Shown one piece after another: positions 31,693 to 43,473 of a stretch of DNA of 64,000 nucleotides. The notes beneath the pieces were generated by a model. It worked only from the letters and a program-made list of their open reading frames with translations. It was not told the DNA's origin and made no database searches. The stretch lies in the NCBI RefSeq assembly GCF_054482525.1, contig NZ_CM137006.1. One strand, given 5' to 3'. Position 1 is the first letter of the stretch, and each line of letters opens with the position of its first letter. Both the position numbers and the translations under genes were made by a program.

Positions 31693-32724
31693 ATGTCTGC
31701 ATTTACCCCGGCAAGTGAAGTCTTGCTGCGTCACAGTGATGATTTCGAACAAAGCCGTATTCTTTTTGCCGGAGACTTACAGGATGACCTGCCCGCGCGT
31801 TTAGATACCGCGGTCAGCCGTGCTCATACCCAGCAATTCCACCACTGGCAGGTGTTAAGCCGCCAGATGGGGGATAACGCCCGTTTTAGCCTGGTCGCTA
31901 CGGCGGATGACGTCGCAGATTGCAATACGCTGATTTACTACTGGCCGAAGAACAAACCGGAAGCCCAGTTCCAGTTGATGAATTTACTTTCTCTGCTGCC
32001 GGTGGGCACTGATATTTTTGTCGTTGGCGAGAACCGCAGCGGCGTGCGCAGCGCAGAACAGATGCTGGCAGATTATGCGCCGTTGAATAAAGTCGACAGC
32101 GCCCGTCGCTGTGGCCTCTATTTTGGTCGTCTGGAAAAGCAGCCGGTATTTGATGCCGATAAATTCTGGGGCGAATATAACGTGGATGGCCTGACGGTCA
32201 AAACGCTGCCGGGCGTGTTTAGCCGCGACGGTCTGGATGTCGGTAGCCAGTTACTGCTCTCGACGTTAACTCCGCACACGAAAGGTAAAGTGCTGGATGT
32301 CGGCTGTGGCGCGGGCGTGCTTTCTGTTGCCTTTGCGCGCCATTCACCGAAAATTCGTCTCACTCTGTGCGATGTCTCTGCGCCAGCGGTAGAAGCCAGC
32401 CGCGCAACACTTGCGGCCAACGGTGTTGAAGGTGAAGTCTTTGCCAGTAACGTCTTTTCCGAGGTGAAAGGTCGTTTTGATATGATCATCTCCAACCCGC
32501 CGTTCCACGATGGGATGCAAACCAGCCTCGATGCGGCGCAAACGCTGATTCGCGGCGCGGTGCGTCATCTTAATAGCGGCGGCGAGCTGCGAATTGTAGC
32601 GAACGCCTTCCTGCCTTATCCGGACGTGCTGGATGAGACATTTGGCTTCCATGAAGTTATCGCACAAACCGGGCGCTTCAAGGTGTATCGCGCCATTATG
32701 ACCCGCCAGGCGAAGAAAGGTTGA
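31693..32724 (+). CDS. rsmC: 16S rRNA (guanine1207-N2)-methyltransferase RsmC
   Basis: 343 aa ORF; SAM-binding motif [12 protein letters not shown] and NPPFH catalytic motif. Confidence 0.9.
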   Translation: MSAFTPASEVLLRHSDDFEQSRILFAGDLQDDLPARLDTAVSRAHTQQFHHWQVLSRQMGDNARFSLVATADDVADCNTLIYYWPKNKPEAQFQLMNLLSLLPVGTDIFVVGENRSGVRSAEQMLADYAPLNKVDSARRCGLYFGRLEKQPVFDADKFWGEYNVDGLTVKTLPGVFSRDGLDVGSQLLLSTLTPHTKGKVLDVGCGAGVLSVAFARHSPKIRLTLCDVSAPAVEASRATLAANGVEGEVFASNVFSEVKGRFDMIISNPPFHDGMQTSLDAAQTLIRGAVRHLNSGGELRIVANAFLPYPDVLDETFGFHEVIAQTGRFKVYRAIMTRQAKKG

Positions 32725-32854
32725 GTATCTGATATCTGTCGCCGCATACCGTGTCGGATGCGGCGTACACGCCTTCTCTGACCGACAAACGAATTATCCA
32801 CAATTCGCTGATGGACATTTTTCCAGCAATTACACCTCCGGCGATAATTAACTA

Positions 32855-32882
32855 TTGACGAAAAGCTGAAAACCACTAGAAT
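32855..32882 (+). promoter_or_regulatory. sigma70 promoter of the tRNA-Leu operon (TTGACG -35, TAGAAT -10, GC-rich discriminator); approximate
   Basis: ttgacg-N16-tagaat followed by gcgcctcc ~40 bp upstream of first tRNA. Confidence 0.6.
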
Positions 32883-32923
32883 GCGCCTCCGTGGTAGCAA
32901 TTCTTTTTAAGAATTGATGGTAT

Positions 32924-33010
32924 GCGAAGGTGGCGGAATTGGTAGACGCGCTAGCTTCAGGTGTTAGTGTCCTTACGGACGTGGGGGTTCAAGTCCCCCC
33001 CCTCGCACCA
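32924..33010 (+). tRNA. leuQ: tRNA-Leu (anticodon CAG), 87 nt incl. CCA
   Basis: gcgaaggtggcggaattggtagacgcgctagcttcaggtgttagtgtccttacggacgtgggggttcaagtcccccccctcgcacca; D-arm, CAG anticodon loop (cttCAGgt), long variable arm, T-arm GGTTCAAGTCC. Confidence 0.93.
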
Positions 33011-33038
33011 AAAACCACGTTGATATTGCTCGCACTGG

Positions 33039-33125
33039 GCGAAGGTGGCGGAATTGGTAGACGCGCTAGCTTCAGGTGTTAGTGTTCTTACGGACGTGGG
33101 GGTTCAAGTCCCCCCCCTCGCACCA
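33039..33125 (+). tRNA. leuP: tRNA-Leu (CAG), 87 nt; differs from flanking copies by one base in the variable arm (gtgtTctt vs gtgtCctt)
   Basis: second tandem copy after a 28-nt spacer. Confidence 0.93.
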
Positions 33126-33159
33126 AACGAGGCGATATCAAAAAAAGTAAGATGACTGT

Positions 33160-33246
33160 GCGAAGGTGGCGGAATTGGTAGACGCGCTAGCTTCAGGTGT
33201 TAGTGTCCTTACGGACGTGGGGGTTCAAGTCCCCCCCCTCGCACCA
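33160..33246 (+). tRNA. leuV: tRNA-Leu (CAG), 87 nt
   Basis: third tandem copy after a 34-nt spacer; identical to first copy. Confidence 0.93.
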
Positions 33247-33284
33247 ATTATCTTTACTTCCTTTCTTGTTGCTTCCCTGTTTTA

Positions 33285-33521
33285 TCATCCCTGCTTCAAA
33301 TTCATTATCATCAGCATGATGCCAGCAATAAGCGCCAGGCACGATGGCAGCAAAACGTAATGCCGCAACTGTTTGTGATACAGCATCACCGGCGTCAATA
33401 CTAATCCCATCAGAATGATAATCCGCCATTGATCCGGCGATAAATCCGCATACATCAGCCCTGCAATCAGCAATCCCGGCAGCAACACTCCCCAGCCACT
33501 GCCCAGCGTACGTTGCAACAT
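33285..33521 (-). CDS. yjjZ: small inner-membrane protein YjjZ
   Basis: ORF 33285..33632; MLQRTLGSGWGVLLPGLLIAGLMYADLSPDQWRIIILMGLVLTPVMLYHKQ from codon 38. Confidence 0.65.
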   Translation of the reverse strand: MLQRTLGSGWGVLLPGLLIAGLMYADLSPDQWRIIILMGLVLTPVMLYHKQLRHYVLLPSCLALIAGIMLMIMNLKQG

Positions 33522-33537
33522 GGTTTCATCTCTTTCA

Positions 33538-33580
33538 TTGATAATGATAACTAATATCATATGATAATTTTTATCATTTG
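33538..33580. promoter_or_regulatory. overlapping Fur boxes in the yjjZ/fhuF divergent promoter; approximate
   Basis: gataatgataactaatatcatatgataatttttatcatt resembles Fur consensus GATAATGATAATCATTATC repeated. Confidence 0.75.
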
Positions 33581-33661
33581 CAAGCCAGAGAAATCCCTTG
33601 CTATCGGGTAAACCTATCGCTAGGATTAGCAATCATTATCATTTAGATTACTATCCCGATT

Positions 33662-34450
33662 ATGGCCTATCGTTCCGCACCGCTCTATGAAGATGTTATC
33701 TGGCGAACGCATCTCCAGCCGCAGGATGCTGGGCTTGCACAAGCCATACGGGCGACGATCGCCGAACATCGTGAACATTTGCTCGAGTTTATCCGCCTGG
33801 ATGAACCCGCTCCGCTTAACGCCATGACGCTGGCGCAATGGTCATCAACGAATGCGCTAAGTTCTCTACTCGCGGTCTATTCCGATCATATCTATCGCAA
33901 CCAACCAACGATGATCCGCGAGAACAAACCGCTGATCTCACTATGGGCGCAATGGTATATCGGCCTGATGGTGCCACCGTTAATGTTGGCGCTGCTGACG
34001 CAGGAAAAAGCATTAGATGTGTCGCCGGAACATTTCCACGTTAAGTTTCACGAAACCGGACGCGCCGCCTGTTTCTGGGTCGATGTGTGTGAAGATAAAA
34101 ACGCAACACTACATTCGCCGCAGCAGCGAATGGAAACGTTAATCAGTCAGGCGCTGGTTCCGGTAGTGCAGGCATTAGAAGCAACGGGAGAGATCAACGG
34201 CAAACTTATCTGGAGCAATACCGGTTATTTGATCAACTGGTATCTGACTGAGATGAAACAGCTGCTTGGCGAGGCGACGGTTGAATCGCTGCGCCATGCC
34301 CTCTTTTTTGAGAAAATGCTCACGAACGGTGAAGATAATCCACTCTGGCGTACCGTGGTACTGCGCGACGGCCTGCTGGTGCGCCGCACTTGCTGCCAGC
34401 GTTATCGCTTACCGGATGTGCAGCAATGTGGCGATTGTACGCTGAAATGA
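33662..34450 (+). CDS. fhuF: ferric-siderophore reductase FhuF (2Fe-2S)
   Basis: 262 aa ORF MAYRSAPLYEDVIWRTHLQPQDAGLAQ...; C-terminal Cys cluster CCQRYRLPDVQQCGDC. Confidence 0.92.
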   Translation: MAYRSAPLYEDVIWRTHLQPQDAGLAQAIRATIAEHREHLLEFIRLDEPAPLNAMTLAQWSSTNALSSLLAVYSDHIYRNQPTMIRENKPLISLWAQWYIGLMVPPLMLALLTQEKALDVSPEHFHVKFHETGRAACFWVDVCEDKNATLHSPQQRMETLISQALVPVVQALEATGEINGKLIWSNTGYLINWYLTEMKQLLGEATVESLRHALFFEKMLTNGEDNPLWRTVVLRDGLLVRRTCCQRYRLPDVQQCGDCTLK

Positions 34451-34487
34451 AAGCACTGCCGGGGAAGTAAACCCGGCATCATGCGGA

Positions 34488-35165
34488 TTAATAGGGATGC
34501 AACACATTACTTGCTTCGCAATGCCGCATACATAACAGAATATCTGCGGCCTCCAACAACCCTGCATCAGAACTGACGCCCAGTTTCGACATCACATTAA
34601 ATTTATGTGCACGGATCGTTTTGATATTGCGTTTAAGCTGCTCGGCAATTTGTGTCATTGAGTAGCCACGCGACATAAAGCGCAATATTTCTCTCTCCGT
34701 CGGGCTTAGCGTTCGGCTTTGATTAATGTACCACTGATTGTTCAGTCGGTCGGTCGCCTGACGTACACCATTTAATGACAAAAAGAGTTCCTGATGAAAA
34801 ATCTCCAGCGTTGACGCTTTACTTAATACACCGTCCAACGGTGATGGCGACAATGAACCAATCAGCCGAGCTTCAATATCATCATCCGCAATAACTAAAC
34901 GCCGGGTACGCGGAAACTTAATCGCCAGTTCAGTCAGGCAAGATAATCCCTCTCTGCGCTCACTTCTCATGGCAGAAAAAGAAAAAATGACCGCCGCAAA
35001 CGAGATCCGCGACATGGCATCCTGAAATGACTCCTGACTGGTATAGGTATGGAGCTTATAAGGGTTACCCGCAAACTTTCTGAATAAACTCTCAATACCG
35101 ATACTACTCATGACGCATTTTTCTATGAGTGCGACATTTCTCTTCTTAATTCGGCTGTGTTCCAT
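34488..35165 (-). CDS. bglJ: LuxR-family transcriptional activator BglJ
   Basis: 225 aa ORF with C-terminal LuxR HTH ([45 protein letters not shown]). Confidence 0.88.
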
Positions 35166-35848
35166 TCTGCGGCATCTCCATAAACAGAAGGCAAGTTAAG
35201 TTCTCTTGCACCCTGCGCGCTATTTATCCATGCATACATTTCAGCGTTGCTGTGAATTGCCAGTCGACGCATCGCACTGTTTTTTTGGGCGCTGATAGTT
35301 TTATTACTTTTCTTAAGCAATGAAGCTATCTGGTTGATGCCCCATCCTTTACCTAATAGCCGCAGCACTTTGCGCTCTGAAAGAGTGAGAATGACGGAGC
35401 GATAGCTAAAATCATGAGTTTCAGTCATTGCCGGAGAGGTCAGCATGGCGCTGATACGCTCTGCGTGCGTATTGCCGGAACGTACGGTCTTGACCAGATT
35501 CTCAATGGGTTCAACATCAGACAATAACGTCGCCGTAGGGCACATGAGCAATTCTACTGCCTGGGAATACCAGGAGCGTGACACCATGAAAACCCAGTGA
35601 ATTTCCCGATATTGCGAGATTAAAGAATAATAATGTTCACAAACAGAACGTGGATCTTCACTTTCACCGGCTAAATCAGCAATGACTAATCCGGAACGAC
35701 GTAATTGTAATAAGGTAAGGTCCTCCGCAGAGGCGCTGGATATTATTTCATATTCAGGGAAGTGAGTCCTCATGACCTCTTTTAACCCTGCTTGCATAAC
35801 AGGTATTTTACTGATAACAATTCCATTTTTGCAGCATCCTGGCAACAT
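35123..35848 (-). CDS. yjjQ: LuxR-family regulator YjjQ
   Basis: 241 aa ORF with C-terminal LuxR HTH ([41 protein letters not shown]); overlaps bglJ start. Confidence 0.88.
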
Positions 35849-36466
35849 ATTTCCTCCACATCCACTGTCTAAAAATTATGATGGTTTATTCAGGATATTC
35901 ATTCCTTAAATGTTTCCAGCAAATTAATAGATTAAGCGAATAAATTATCCTTAGCATTCACTTTCATATCAGCATACTCCTGCTGCACAACAACTCCACT
36001 GCATGTGTCAGAAGGTTAGCATCAAATGATAACCTAGTGAAATAGCCTGGAGACATTTAAAATATCTACATTAAGTTGTTAGAAATACTTAATGAAAAAC
36101 AGAATTCTCATTCATTTAATTTATAATTAACTGATATCCCTTCCAGTAGAATGCAAAATCACACAATCAATATTTATTCAATAAAATCTGATAGTTTTAA
36201 CTTGTAAAAAATAAAAAACGCGCCCAGTTATCTTTTATCCTGATTCGTAAAGGCTAAACAATAAATTCATTATAGTGATAATATTCATGTGATAATTTGT
36301 TTGCGGCGAGAGATAATTCGCTTTTTATCACCGAGCTTCTCCCGATAACCAGGATTAATCAGCGCAATTTTGATCTTAACCTACCGCAAAACAACCGTGC
36401 TTCATGATACAAATGGATTCTCATTATCTGAACAATACGCAGCACGTCTATGACAAAGGGCGAGTT
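35849..36466. promoter_or_regulatory. AT-rich divergent yjjQ-bglJ / yjjP control region (typical of H-NS-silenced promoters)
   Basis: ~600 bp with long A/T tracts (e.g. ttaatttataattaactgatatc, aaaataaaaaacg) between divergent start codons. Confidence 0.55.
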
Positions 36467-37237
36467 ATGCAAACTGAGCAACAGCGAGCCGTAACACGGC
36501 TTTGTATCCAGTGTGGATTATTTCTTTTGCAACATGGTGCCGAAAGCGCGTTGGTTGATGAGCTTTCCTCACGACTGGGTCGGGCGTTGGGAATGGACAG
36601 CGTCGAAAGTTCTATCTCTTCGAACGCCATAGTGCTGACAACCATTAAAGATGGGCAATGCCTGACATCGACACGAAAAAATCACGATCGCGGCATTAAT
36701 ATGCATGTGGTGACTGAAGTCCAGCACATTGTGATTCTGGCGGAGCATCATCTGCTGGATTACAAAGGTGTAGAGAAACGATTTAGCCAAATTCAGCCAT
36801 TACGTTACCCGAGATGGCTGGTAGCCTTAATGGTCGGCCTTTCTTGCGCCTGTTTCTGTAAACTCAATAAAGGTGGCTGGGATGGTGCCGTCATCACCTT
36901 CTTTGCCAGTACGGTCGCGATGTATATCCGCCAGCTGCTGGCACAACGTCATCTTCATCCACAGATCAACTTTTGCCTCACCGCTTTCGCCGCCACCACC
37001 ATTTCCGGTTTGCTTTTGCAACTTCCCACTTTCAGCAATACACCCACTATCGCGATGGCCGCCAGCGTTCTGCTGCTGGTGCCGGGTTTTCCGTTGATTA
37101 ATGCCGTCGCCGATATGTTTAAAGGCCACATCAATACCGGACTGGCACGCTGGGCGATCGCCAGTCTGCTGACACTGGCTACCTGCGTCGGCGTGGTGAT
37201 GGCACTGACGATTTGGGGGCTACGCGGATGGGTGTGA
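36467..37237 (+). CDS. yjjP: ThrE-family inner membrane protein YjjP
   Basis: ORF 36404..37237; K-12-length product if started at [21 protein letters not shown] (codon 22). Confidence 0.8.
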
Positions 37238-37701
37238 TCGAATTTCTGTTAGCGTTGGCGCAGGATATGATCCTCGCCGCCATTCCTGCGGTCGGCTTTG
37301 CGATGGTGTTCAACGTTCCCGTGCGGGCGTTACGCTGGTGTGCGCTGCTTGGCTCGATAGGTCATGGTTCCCGAATGATCTTAATGACCAGCGGGCTGAA
37401 TATTGAGTGGTCAACTTTTATGGCTTCTATGCTGGTCGGCACCATTGGTATTCAATGGTCGCGCTGGTATCTGGCGCATCCGAAAGTGTTTACCGTGGCG
37501 GCTGTTATTCCTATGTTCCCTGGCATATCGGCTTATACCGCAATGATTTCGGCGGTAAAAATCAGCCAGCTAGGTTACAGCGAACCGTTGATGATTACCC
37601 TGTTAACCAACTTTCTTACAGCTTCATCAATTGTTGGTGCGTTATCCATCGGTCTTTCCATTCCTGGATTATGGTTGTACCGCAAGCGCCCTCGCGTATA
37701 A
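37228..37701 (+). CDS. yjjB: inner membrane protein YjjB
   Basis: ORF 37213..37701; [31 protein letters not shown]...; overlaps yjjP 3' end. Confidence 0.82.
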
Positions 37702-37807
37702 AATTGCCTCGCTTAAGCACACGGATGAGAGACAGCCTCCTCTCCTCCGTGTGTTACTATAAAAGTTATCTCCCTTCTCGTTCATCGTTCCATATTTGAG
37801 AAACAGT

Positions 37808-38347
37808 ATGTCTTCCAGAGTTTTGACCCCGGACGTCGTTGGTATTGACGCCCTGGTACACGATCACCAAACCGTTCTGGCAAAAGCTGAAGGCGGTGTG
37901 GTTGCCGTATTTGCTAACAATGCCCCGGCGTTTTATGCCGTCACGCCTGCACGCCTGGCTGAACTGCTGGCGCTGGAAGAAAAGCTGGCGCGTCCGGGAA
38001 GCGATGTCGCTCTGGACGATCAACTCTATCAGGAACCGCAAGCCGCTCCCGTTGCTGTACCCATGGGGAAATTCGCCATGTATCCGGACTGGCAACCCGA
38101 TGCCGACTTTATCCGCCTGGCGGCGCTATGGGGCGTGGCACTAAGAGAGCCGGTGACCACCGAAGAACTGGCCTCATTCATTGCCTACTGGCAGGCGGAA
38201 GGTAAAGTCTTTCACCATGTGCAGTGGCAACAAAAACTGGCGCGCAGCCTGCAAATCGGCCGTGCCAGCAACGGCGGACTGCCGAAACGAGATGTGAATA
38301 CGGTCAGTGAACCTGACAGCCAAATTCCACCAGGATTCAGAGGGTAA
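37808..38347 (+). CDS. dnaT: primosomal protein DnaT
   Basis: ORF 37796..38347; [47 protein letters not shown]. Confidence 0.9.
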
Positions 38348-38349
38348 CG

Positions 38350-39087
38350 ATGAAAAACGTTGGCGACCTGATGCAACGCCTGCAAAAAATGATGCCTGCC
38401 CATATCAAACCTGCTTTCAAAACGGGTGAAGAACTACTGGCCTGGCAGAAAGAACAAGGGGCGATCCGCTCCGCCGCTCTCGAACGTGAAAATCGGGCGA
38501 TGAAAATGCAGCGCACCTTTAACCGCTCCGGTATTCGTCCACTGCATCAGAACTGCTCCTTTGAGAACTATCGCGTTGAGTGTGAAGGGCAGATGAATGC
38601 GTTAAGCAAAGCGCGCCAGTATGTCGAAGAGTTTGACGGCAACATCGCCAGCTTCATCTTTTCTGGTAAGCCAGGAACCGGCAAAAACCATCTGGCGGCA
38701 GCAATCTGCAACGAGCTGCTGCTACGCGGTAAATCCGTATTGATCATCACCGTGGCCGATATTATGTCGGCGATGAAAGATACCTTCAGGAATAGCGGTA
38801 CCAGCGAAGAACAACTGCTTAACGATCTGAGCAACGTTGATCTGCTGGTGATCGATGAGATCGGCGTACAGACCGAATCGAAATACGAAAAAGTGATCAT
38901 CAATCAGATCGTCGATCGCCGCTCTTCTTCCAAACGCCCAACCGGGATGCTGACCAACAGTAATATGGAAGAGATGACCAAGTTGCTGGGCGAACGCGTG
39001 ATGGACCGTATGCGCCTGGGTAACAGTTTGTGGGTGATCTTCAACTGGGATAGCTACCGTAGCCGGGTAACGGGTAAAGAGTATTAA
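38350..39087 (+). CDS. dnaC: helicase loader DnaC (AAA+ ATPase)
   Basis: 245 aa ORF; Walker A GKPGTGKNHLAAA, Walker B LLVIDEIG. Confidence 0.92.
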   Translation: MKNVGDLMQRLQKMMPAHIKPAFKTGEELLAWQKEQGAIRSAALERENRAMKMQRTFNRSGIRPLHQNCSFENYRVECEGQMNALSKARQYVEEFDGNIASFIFSGKPGTGKNHLAAAICNELLLRGKSVLIITVADIMSAMKDTFRNSGTSEEQLLNDLSNVDLLVIDEIGVQTESKYEKVIINQIVDRRSSSKRPTGMLTNSNMEEMTKLLGERVMDRMRLGNSLWVIFNWDSYRSRVTGKEY

Positions 39088-39132
39088 TCCCCGTTTCTGG
39101 CGGTATACTGCGACACAATTCCACCTTGAGTA

Positions 39133-39630
39133 ATGATGATGAAAACTGTTAAACATCTTCTGTGCTGTGCCATTGCCGCCAGCGCATTAATTTCCACCGG
39201 GGTGCATGCTGCGTCCTGGAAAGATGCGCTCTCCAGCGCCGCCAGCGAACTTGGCAACCAAAACAGCACGACACAGGAAGGCGGTTGGTCGCTCGCGTCA
39301 TTAACTAACTTGCTTAGCAGCGGAAACCAGGCCTTAAGCGCAGATAACATGAACAATGCCGCAGGCATTCTGCAATACTGCGCGAAGCAAAAGCTGGCTT
39401 CGGTAACCGATGCCGAAAACATCAAGAATCAGGTACTGGAAAAACTGGGCCTGAACAGTGAAGAGCAAAAAGAAGACACCAATTATCTGGATGGCATTCA
39501 GGGTTTGCTGAAAACCAAAGATGGTCAGCAACTCAATCTGGATAATATTGGAACGACTCCGCTGGCAGAAAAGGTGAAAACCAAAGCCTGCGATCTGGTG
39601 TTAAAGCAGGGGCTGAACTTCATTTCCTGA
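39133..39630 (+). CDS. yjjA: secreted protein YjjA
   Basis: 165 aa ORF MMMKTVKHLLCCAIAASALISTGVHA signal peptide. Confidence 0.8.
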   Translation: MMMKTVKHLLCCAIAASALISTGVHAASWKDALSSAASELGNQNSTTQEGGWSLASLTNLLSSGNQALSADNMNNAAGILQYCAKQKLASVTDAENIKNQVLEKLGLNSEEQKEDTNYLDGIQGLLKTKDGQQLNLDNIGTTPLAEKVKTKACDLVLKQGLNFIS

Positions 39631-39883
39631 ACCGCGAAACGCCGCGTTTTAGCTGTTACCCGGCTGACGCGGCTCTCTCCTGCCCTTTTCCCTGCTCCTG
39701 GACGGTTTTACCCCTGTAACACGGGAAGCGAACGCGATCAAAAAAGTCTGTTTATAAACTAATTCCTAACAACATCGCATTTTTTTGACACTAGAATTGC
39801 AGCAATATGGCGACGCCATTACATTGTGCTTCTCAAAAAGCTTAAACGTTGGCTAAACGGCCCGGTTTAGTGAGGATCGCCCG

Positions 39884-42175
39884 TTGTCAGAACTACTCTC
39901 TTTCGCCCTTTTTCTCGCCTCTGTGCTGATTTACGCATGGAAAGCGGGACGTAACACCTGGTGGTTTGCAGCCACATTAACGGTGCTGGGGCTATTTGTC
40001 GTTTTAAATATCACCCTGTTTGCCAGCGACTATTTTACTGGCGATGGTATTAACGACGCGGTTCTCTATACCTTAACCAACAGCCTGACCGGTGCTGGCG
40101 TCAGCAAATACATTCTTCCGGGTATCGGCATTGTGCTGGGGCTGACGGCGGTGTTCGGTGCGCTGGGCTGGATCCTGCGCCGTCGTCGTCATCATCCGCA
40201 CCATTTTGGTTACAGCCTGCTGGCGCTCTTACTGGCGCTGGGTTCGGTGGACGCCAGCCCGGCATTTCGTCAGATAACGGAACTGGTGAAGTCCCAGTCA
40301 CGCGACGGCGACCCGGACTTTGCGGCTTATTATAAAGAGCCGTCGAAAACTATCCCTGACCCGAAACTCAACCTGGTTTATATCTACGGCGAAAGTCTCG
40401 AGCGGACCTATTTTGATAACGAAGCTTTCCCGGATCTCACGCCTGAACTGGGCGCGTTGAAAAATGAAGGCCTGGATTTCAGCCACACGCAGCAGCTGCC
40501 GGGAACGGATTACACGATTGCGGGTATGGTGGCTTCTCAGTGCGGCATTCCGCTTTTTGCCCCATTTGAAGGTAACGCCTCCGCTTCTGTTTCCAGCTTC
40601 TTCCCGCAGAACATCTGTCTGGGCGATATCCTGAAAAACTCGGGTTATCAGAACTATTTCGTGCAGGGCGCGAATCTGCGTTTTGCCGGTAAAGATGTGT
40701 TCCTGAAGTCGCATGGCTTCGACCACTTATACGGCTCAGAAGAGCTGAAAAGCGTGGTGGCCGACCCGCACTATCGCAACGACTGGGGATTCTACGACGA
40801 TACCGTTCTCGATGAAGCGTGGAAAAAGTTTGAAGAGCTTTCCCGCTCAGGTCAGCGATTCTCACTGTTTACCCTGACAGTCGATACCCATCACCCGGAT
40901 GGTTTTATCTCGCGTACCTGTAACCGCAAAAAATATGATTTTGACGGTAAGCCGAATCAGTCATTCAGCGCGGTAAGTTGCAGCCAGGAGAATATCGCGA
41001 CGTTTATCAACAAAATCAAAGCGTCACCGTGGTTTAAAGATACTGTTATCGTCGTCTCTTCTGACCATTTAGCGATGAACAACACGGCGTGGAAATACCT
41101 TAATAAGCAGGATCGCAATAACCTGTTTTTTGTCATCCGTGGCGACAAGCCGCAGCAAGAGACGCTGGCAGTGAAGCGTAACACGATGGATAACGGCGCG
41201 ACGGTGCTGGACATTCTCGGTGGCGATAACTATCTCGGACTTGGTCGTAGCAGTTTATCCGGGCAGTCAATGTCAGAAATCTTCCTCAATATCAAAGAGA
41301 AAACATTGGCGTGGAAGCCGGATATCATCCGCCTGTGGAAATTCCCTAAAGAGATGAAAGAGTTCACCATCGACCAGCAGAAAAACATGATTGCCTTCTC
41401 GGGTAGCCATTTCCGTTTGCCGCTGCTGTTGCGGGTTTCAGACAAACGCGTGGAACCGCTGCCGGAAAGCGAATACTCAGCACCGCTGCGTTTCCAGCTG
41501 GCCGATTTCGCTCCACGCGACAATTTCGTCTGGGTTGACCGTTGCTACAAGATGGCACAACTTTGGGCTCCGGAACTGGCACTCTCCACCGACTGGTGTG
41601 TCTCGCAAGGGCAGCTTGGCGGTCAGCAAATTGTTCAGCATGTTGACAAAACAATGTGGAAGGGCAAAACGGCATTTAAAGATACGGTCATCGACATGGC
41701 GCGTTACAAAGGCAATGTCGATACGCTGAAGATTGTTGATAACGATATTCGCTACAAAGCCGACAGTTTCATCTTTAACGTCGCCGGTGCGCCAGAAGAG
41801 GTGAAACAGTTTAGCGGGATTTCCCGTCCGGAGTCGTGGGGCCGCTGGTCCAACGCGCAACTGGGCGACGAAGTAAAAATCGAGTACAAGCATCCGCTGC
41901 CGAAGAAATTTGACCTGGTGATTACCGCCAAAGCATACGGCAATAACGCCAGCCGTCCTATTCCGGTACGCGTAGGCAATGAAGAACAAACTCTTGTGCT
42001 GGGCAATGAAGTGACCACCACCACGCTGCATTTCGATAACCAAACCGATGCCGACACGCTGGTAATTGTGCCGCCGGAACCTGTCTCAACCAACGAAGGG
42101 AATATCCTCGGACACTCGCCGCGTAAACTCGGGATCGGCATGGTGGAAATTAAAGTGGTAGAACGTGAAGGGTAA
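39884..42175 (+). CDS. opgB: phosphoglycerol transferase I (OPG biosynthesis), sulfatase-like
   Basis: 763 aa ORF; N-terminal TM helices ([21 protein letters not shown]...) and sulfatase domain; start codon appears to be TTG. Confidence 0.9.
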   Translation: MSELLSFALFLASVLIYAWKAGRNTWWFAATLTVLGLFVVLNITLFASDYFTGDGINDAVLYTLTNSLTGAGVSKYILPGIGIVLGLTAVFGALGWILRRRRHHPHHFGYSLLALLLALGSVDASPAFRQITELVKSQSRDGDPDFAAYYKEPSKTIPDPKLNLVYIYGESLERTYFDNEAFPDLTPELGALKNEGLDFSHTQQLPGTDYTIAGMVASQCGIPLFAPFEGNASASVSSFFPQNICLGDILKNSGYQNYFVQGANLRFAGKDVFLKSHGFDHLYGSEELKSVVADPHYRNDWGFYDDTVLDEAWKKFEELSRSGQRFSLFTLTVDTHHPDGFISRTCNRKKYDFDGKPNQSFSAVSCSQENIATFINKIKASPWFKDTVIVVSSDHLAMNNTAWKYLNKQDRNNLFFVIRGDKPQQETLAVKRNTMDNGATVLDILGGDNYLGLGRSSLSGQSMSEIFLNIKEKTLAWKPDIIRLWKFPKEMKEFTIDQQKNMIAFSGSHFRLPLLLRVSDKRVEPLPESEYSAPLRFQLADFAPRDNFVWVDRCYKMAQLWAPELALSTDWCVSQGQLGGQQIVQHVDKTMWKGKTAFKDTVIDMARYKGNVDTLKIVDNDIRYKADSFIFNVAGAPEEVKQFSGISRPESWGRWSNAQLGDEVKIEYKHPLPKKFDLVITAKAYGNNASRPIPVRVGNEEQTLVLGNEVTTTTLHFDNQTDADTLVIVPPEPVSTNEGNILGHSPRKLGIGMVEIKVVEREG

Positions 42176-42312
42176 TTCCTGACTGATGTGTAGGTCGCAT
42201 AAGGTGCGACCTACACGCCTTCTCCGGCTTACAACACACTATTAAGAAACAAAAAAAACAGCGCCCAACACTTCCCCGGACGCTGCATGGCAACTTTAAT
42301 AATCTCGCCTTA

Positions 42313-43335
42313 TCAGAAAGTAATTACACCCTTAATCAACTCACGATTGTTAATCACATCACGCTCGTAGGTTTCTGCCAGCGTGGCGAACGGGTAGCGA
42401 TGGGTTAACATCATGTCGGCAGTGATTTTCCCTTCCGCCATCAGTCGACCGACTTTAGCGAAATCTTCCGGCGTGGCGTTGCGGCTGCCCATCATCGTCG
42501 TTTCTTTTTTATGGAATTCCGGATCGGAGAACTGCAACTCACCTTTAAACAGGCCGACAAATACCACCGTGCCGCCGTGACGAATCAGATTCACGGTGTT
42601 ATTCATCGCATGTTGATTACCTGTCGCGTCGATCACTTTCTGCGCCAGCGAACCACCAAACTGCGCCCGCAGCTGCGCGTCAAAATCTTCGGCTGACGGG
42701 TCCAGTACAGGTAATTCCAGACGCGTTGCCACATGTTCACGGCGCGCCGGACTGGTATCCGCCACCACCACCTGTGCGCCATCGGCTTTAGCGATTGCCG
42801 CCGCGCCCAGACCGATTGGCCCCGCCCCGACCACCAGCACCTGCTCGCCGGGAGCAATGGCTGCGCGACGCACCGCATGAGCGCTAATAGCGAAAGGTTC
42901 AATCAATGCTGCCGCCTGCGGGTCAATACCATCTGCGGGCAAAATGTTCGCCACCGGCACGCTCAAATACTCACTAAAACCGCCATCCTGATGCACGCCA
43001 ATGACTGAAATTTTTTCACAGCAATTGGTACGCCCGCTTTTACACGCCGGGCATTGCTGACAGGCAACATAAGGGATCACAGCAACTTGCTGACCATTTT
43101 TAAGATCAGCAATATTTTTACCCAGCCCAACAATCTCCCCACATATTTCATGGCCTAAAACCCGTGGATAACTAAAAAATGGTTGATTTCCACCCCAGGC
43201 ATGAATATCGGTACCGCAAATCCCGACAGACTTAATTTTTATTAATGCTTCATTGTCACCCGGAATAGGTATCTCGCGTTGTTTCCAGACTAATTCTTTC
43301 GGCTGCTGGCAAATTAAAACATTCATCGTAGACAT
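42313..43335 (-). CDS. lgoD: L-galactonate 5-dehydrogenase (Zn-dependent alcohol dehydrogenase family)
   Basis: ORF 42313..43350; MSTMNVLICQQPKELVWKQREIPIPGDNEALIKIKSVGICGTDIHAW. Confidence 0.88.
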   Translation of the reverse strand: MSTMNVLICQQPKELVWKQREIPIPGDNEALIKIKSVGICGTDIHAWGGNQPFFSYPRVLGHEICGEIVGLGKNIADLKNGQQVAVIPYVACQQCPACKSGRTNCCEKISVIGVHQDGGFSEYLSVPVANILPADGIDPQAAALIEPFAISAHAVRRAAIAPGEQVLVVGAGPIGLGAAAIAKADGAQVVVADTSPARREHVATRLELPVLDPSAEDFDAQLRAQFGGSLAQKVIDATGNQHAMNNTVNLIRHGGTVVFVGLFKGELQFSDPEFHKKETTMMGSRNATPEDFAKVGRLMAEGKITADMMLTHRYPFATLAETYERDVINNRELIKGVITF

Positions 43336-43473
43336 GATTCGGCTCTCCATTTTTTGTTGCCTTAGATATCAATGAAAATGAAAAATGGCAGCGGAACGGA
43401 AAATCTGTTTTGTGAAAACACACGCATAAAAATGTTTTAAATCGGGTTTTAATGGACTCACAAGGAGGAAAAT

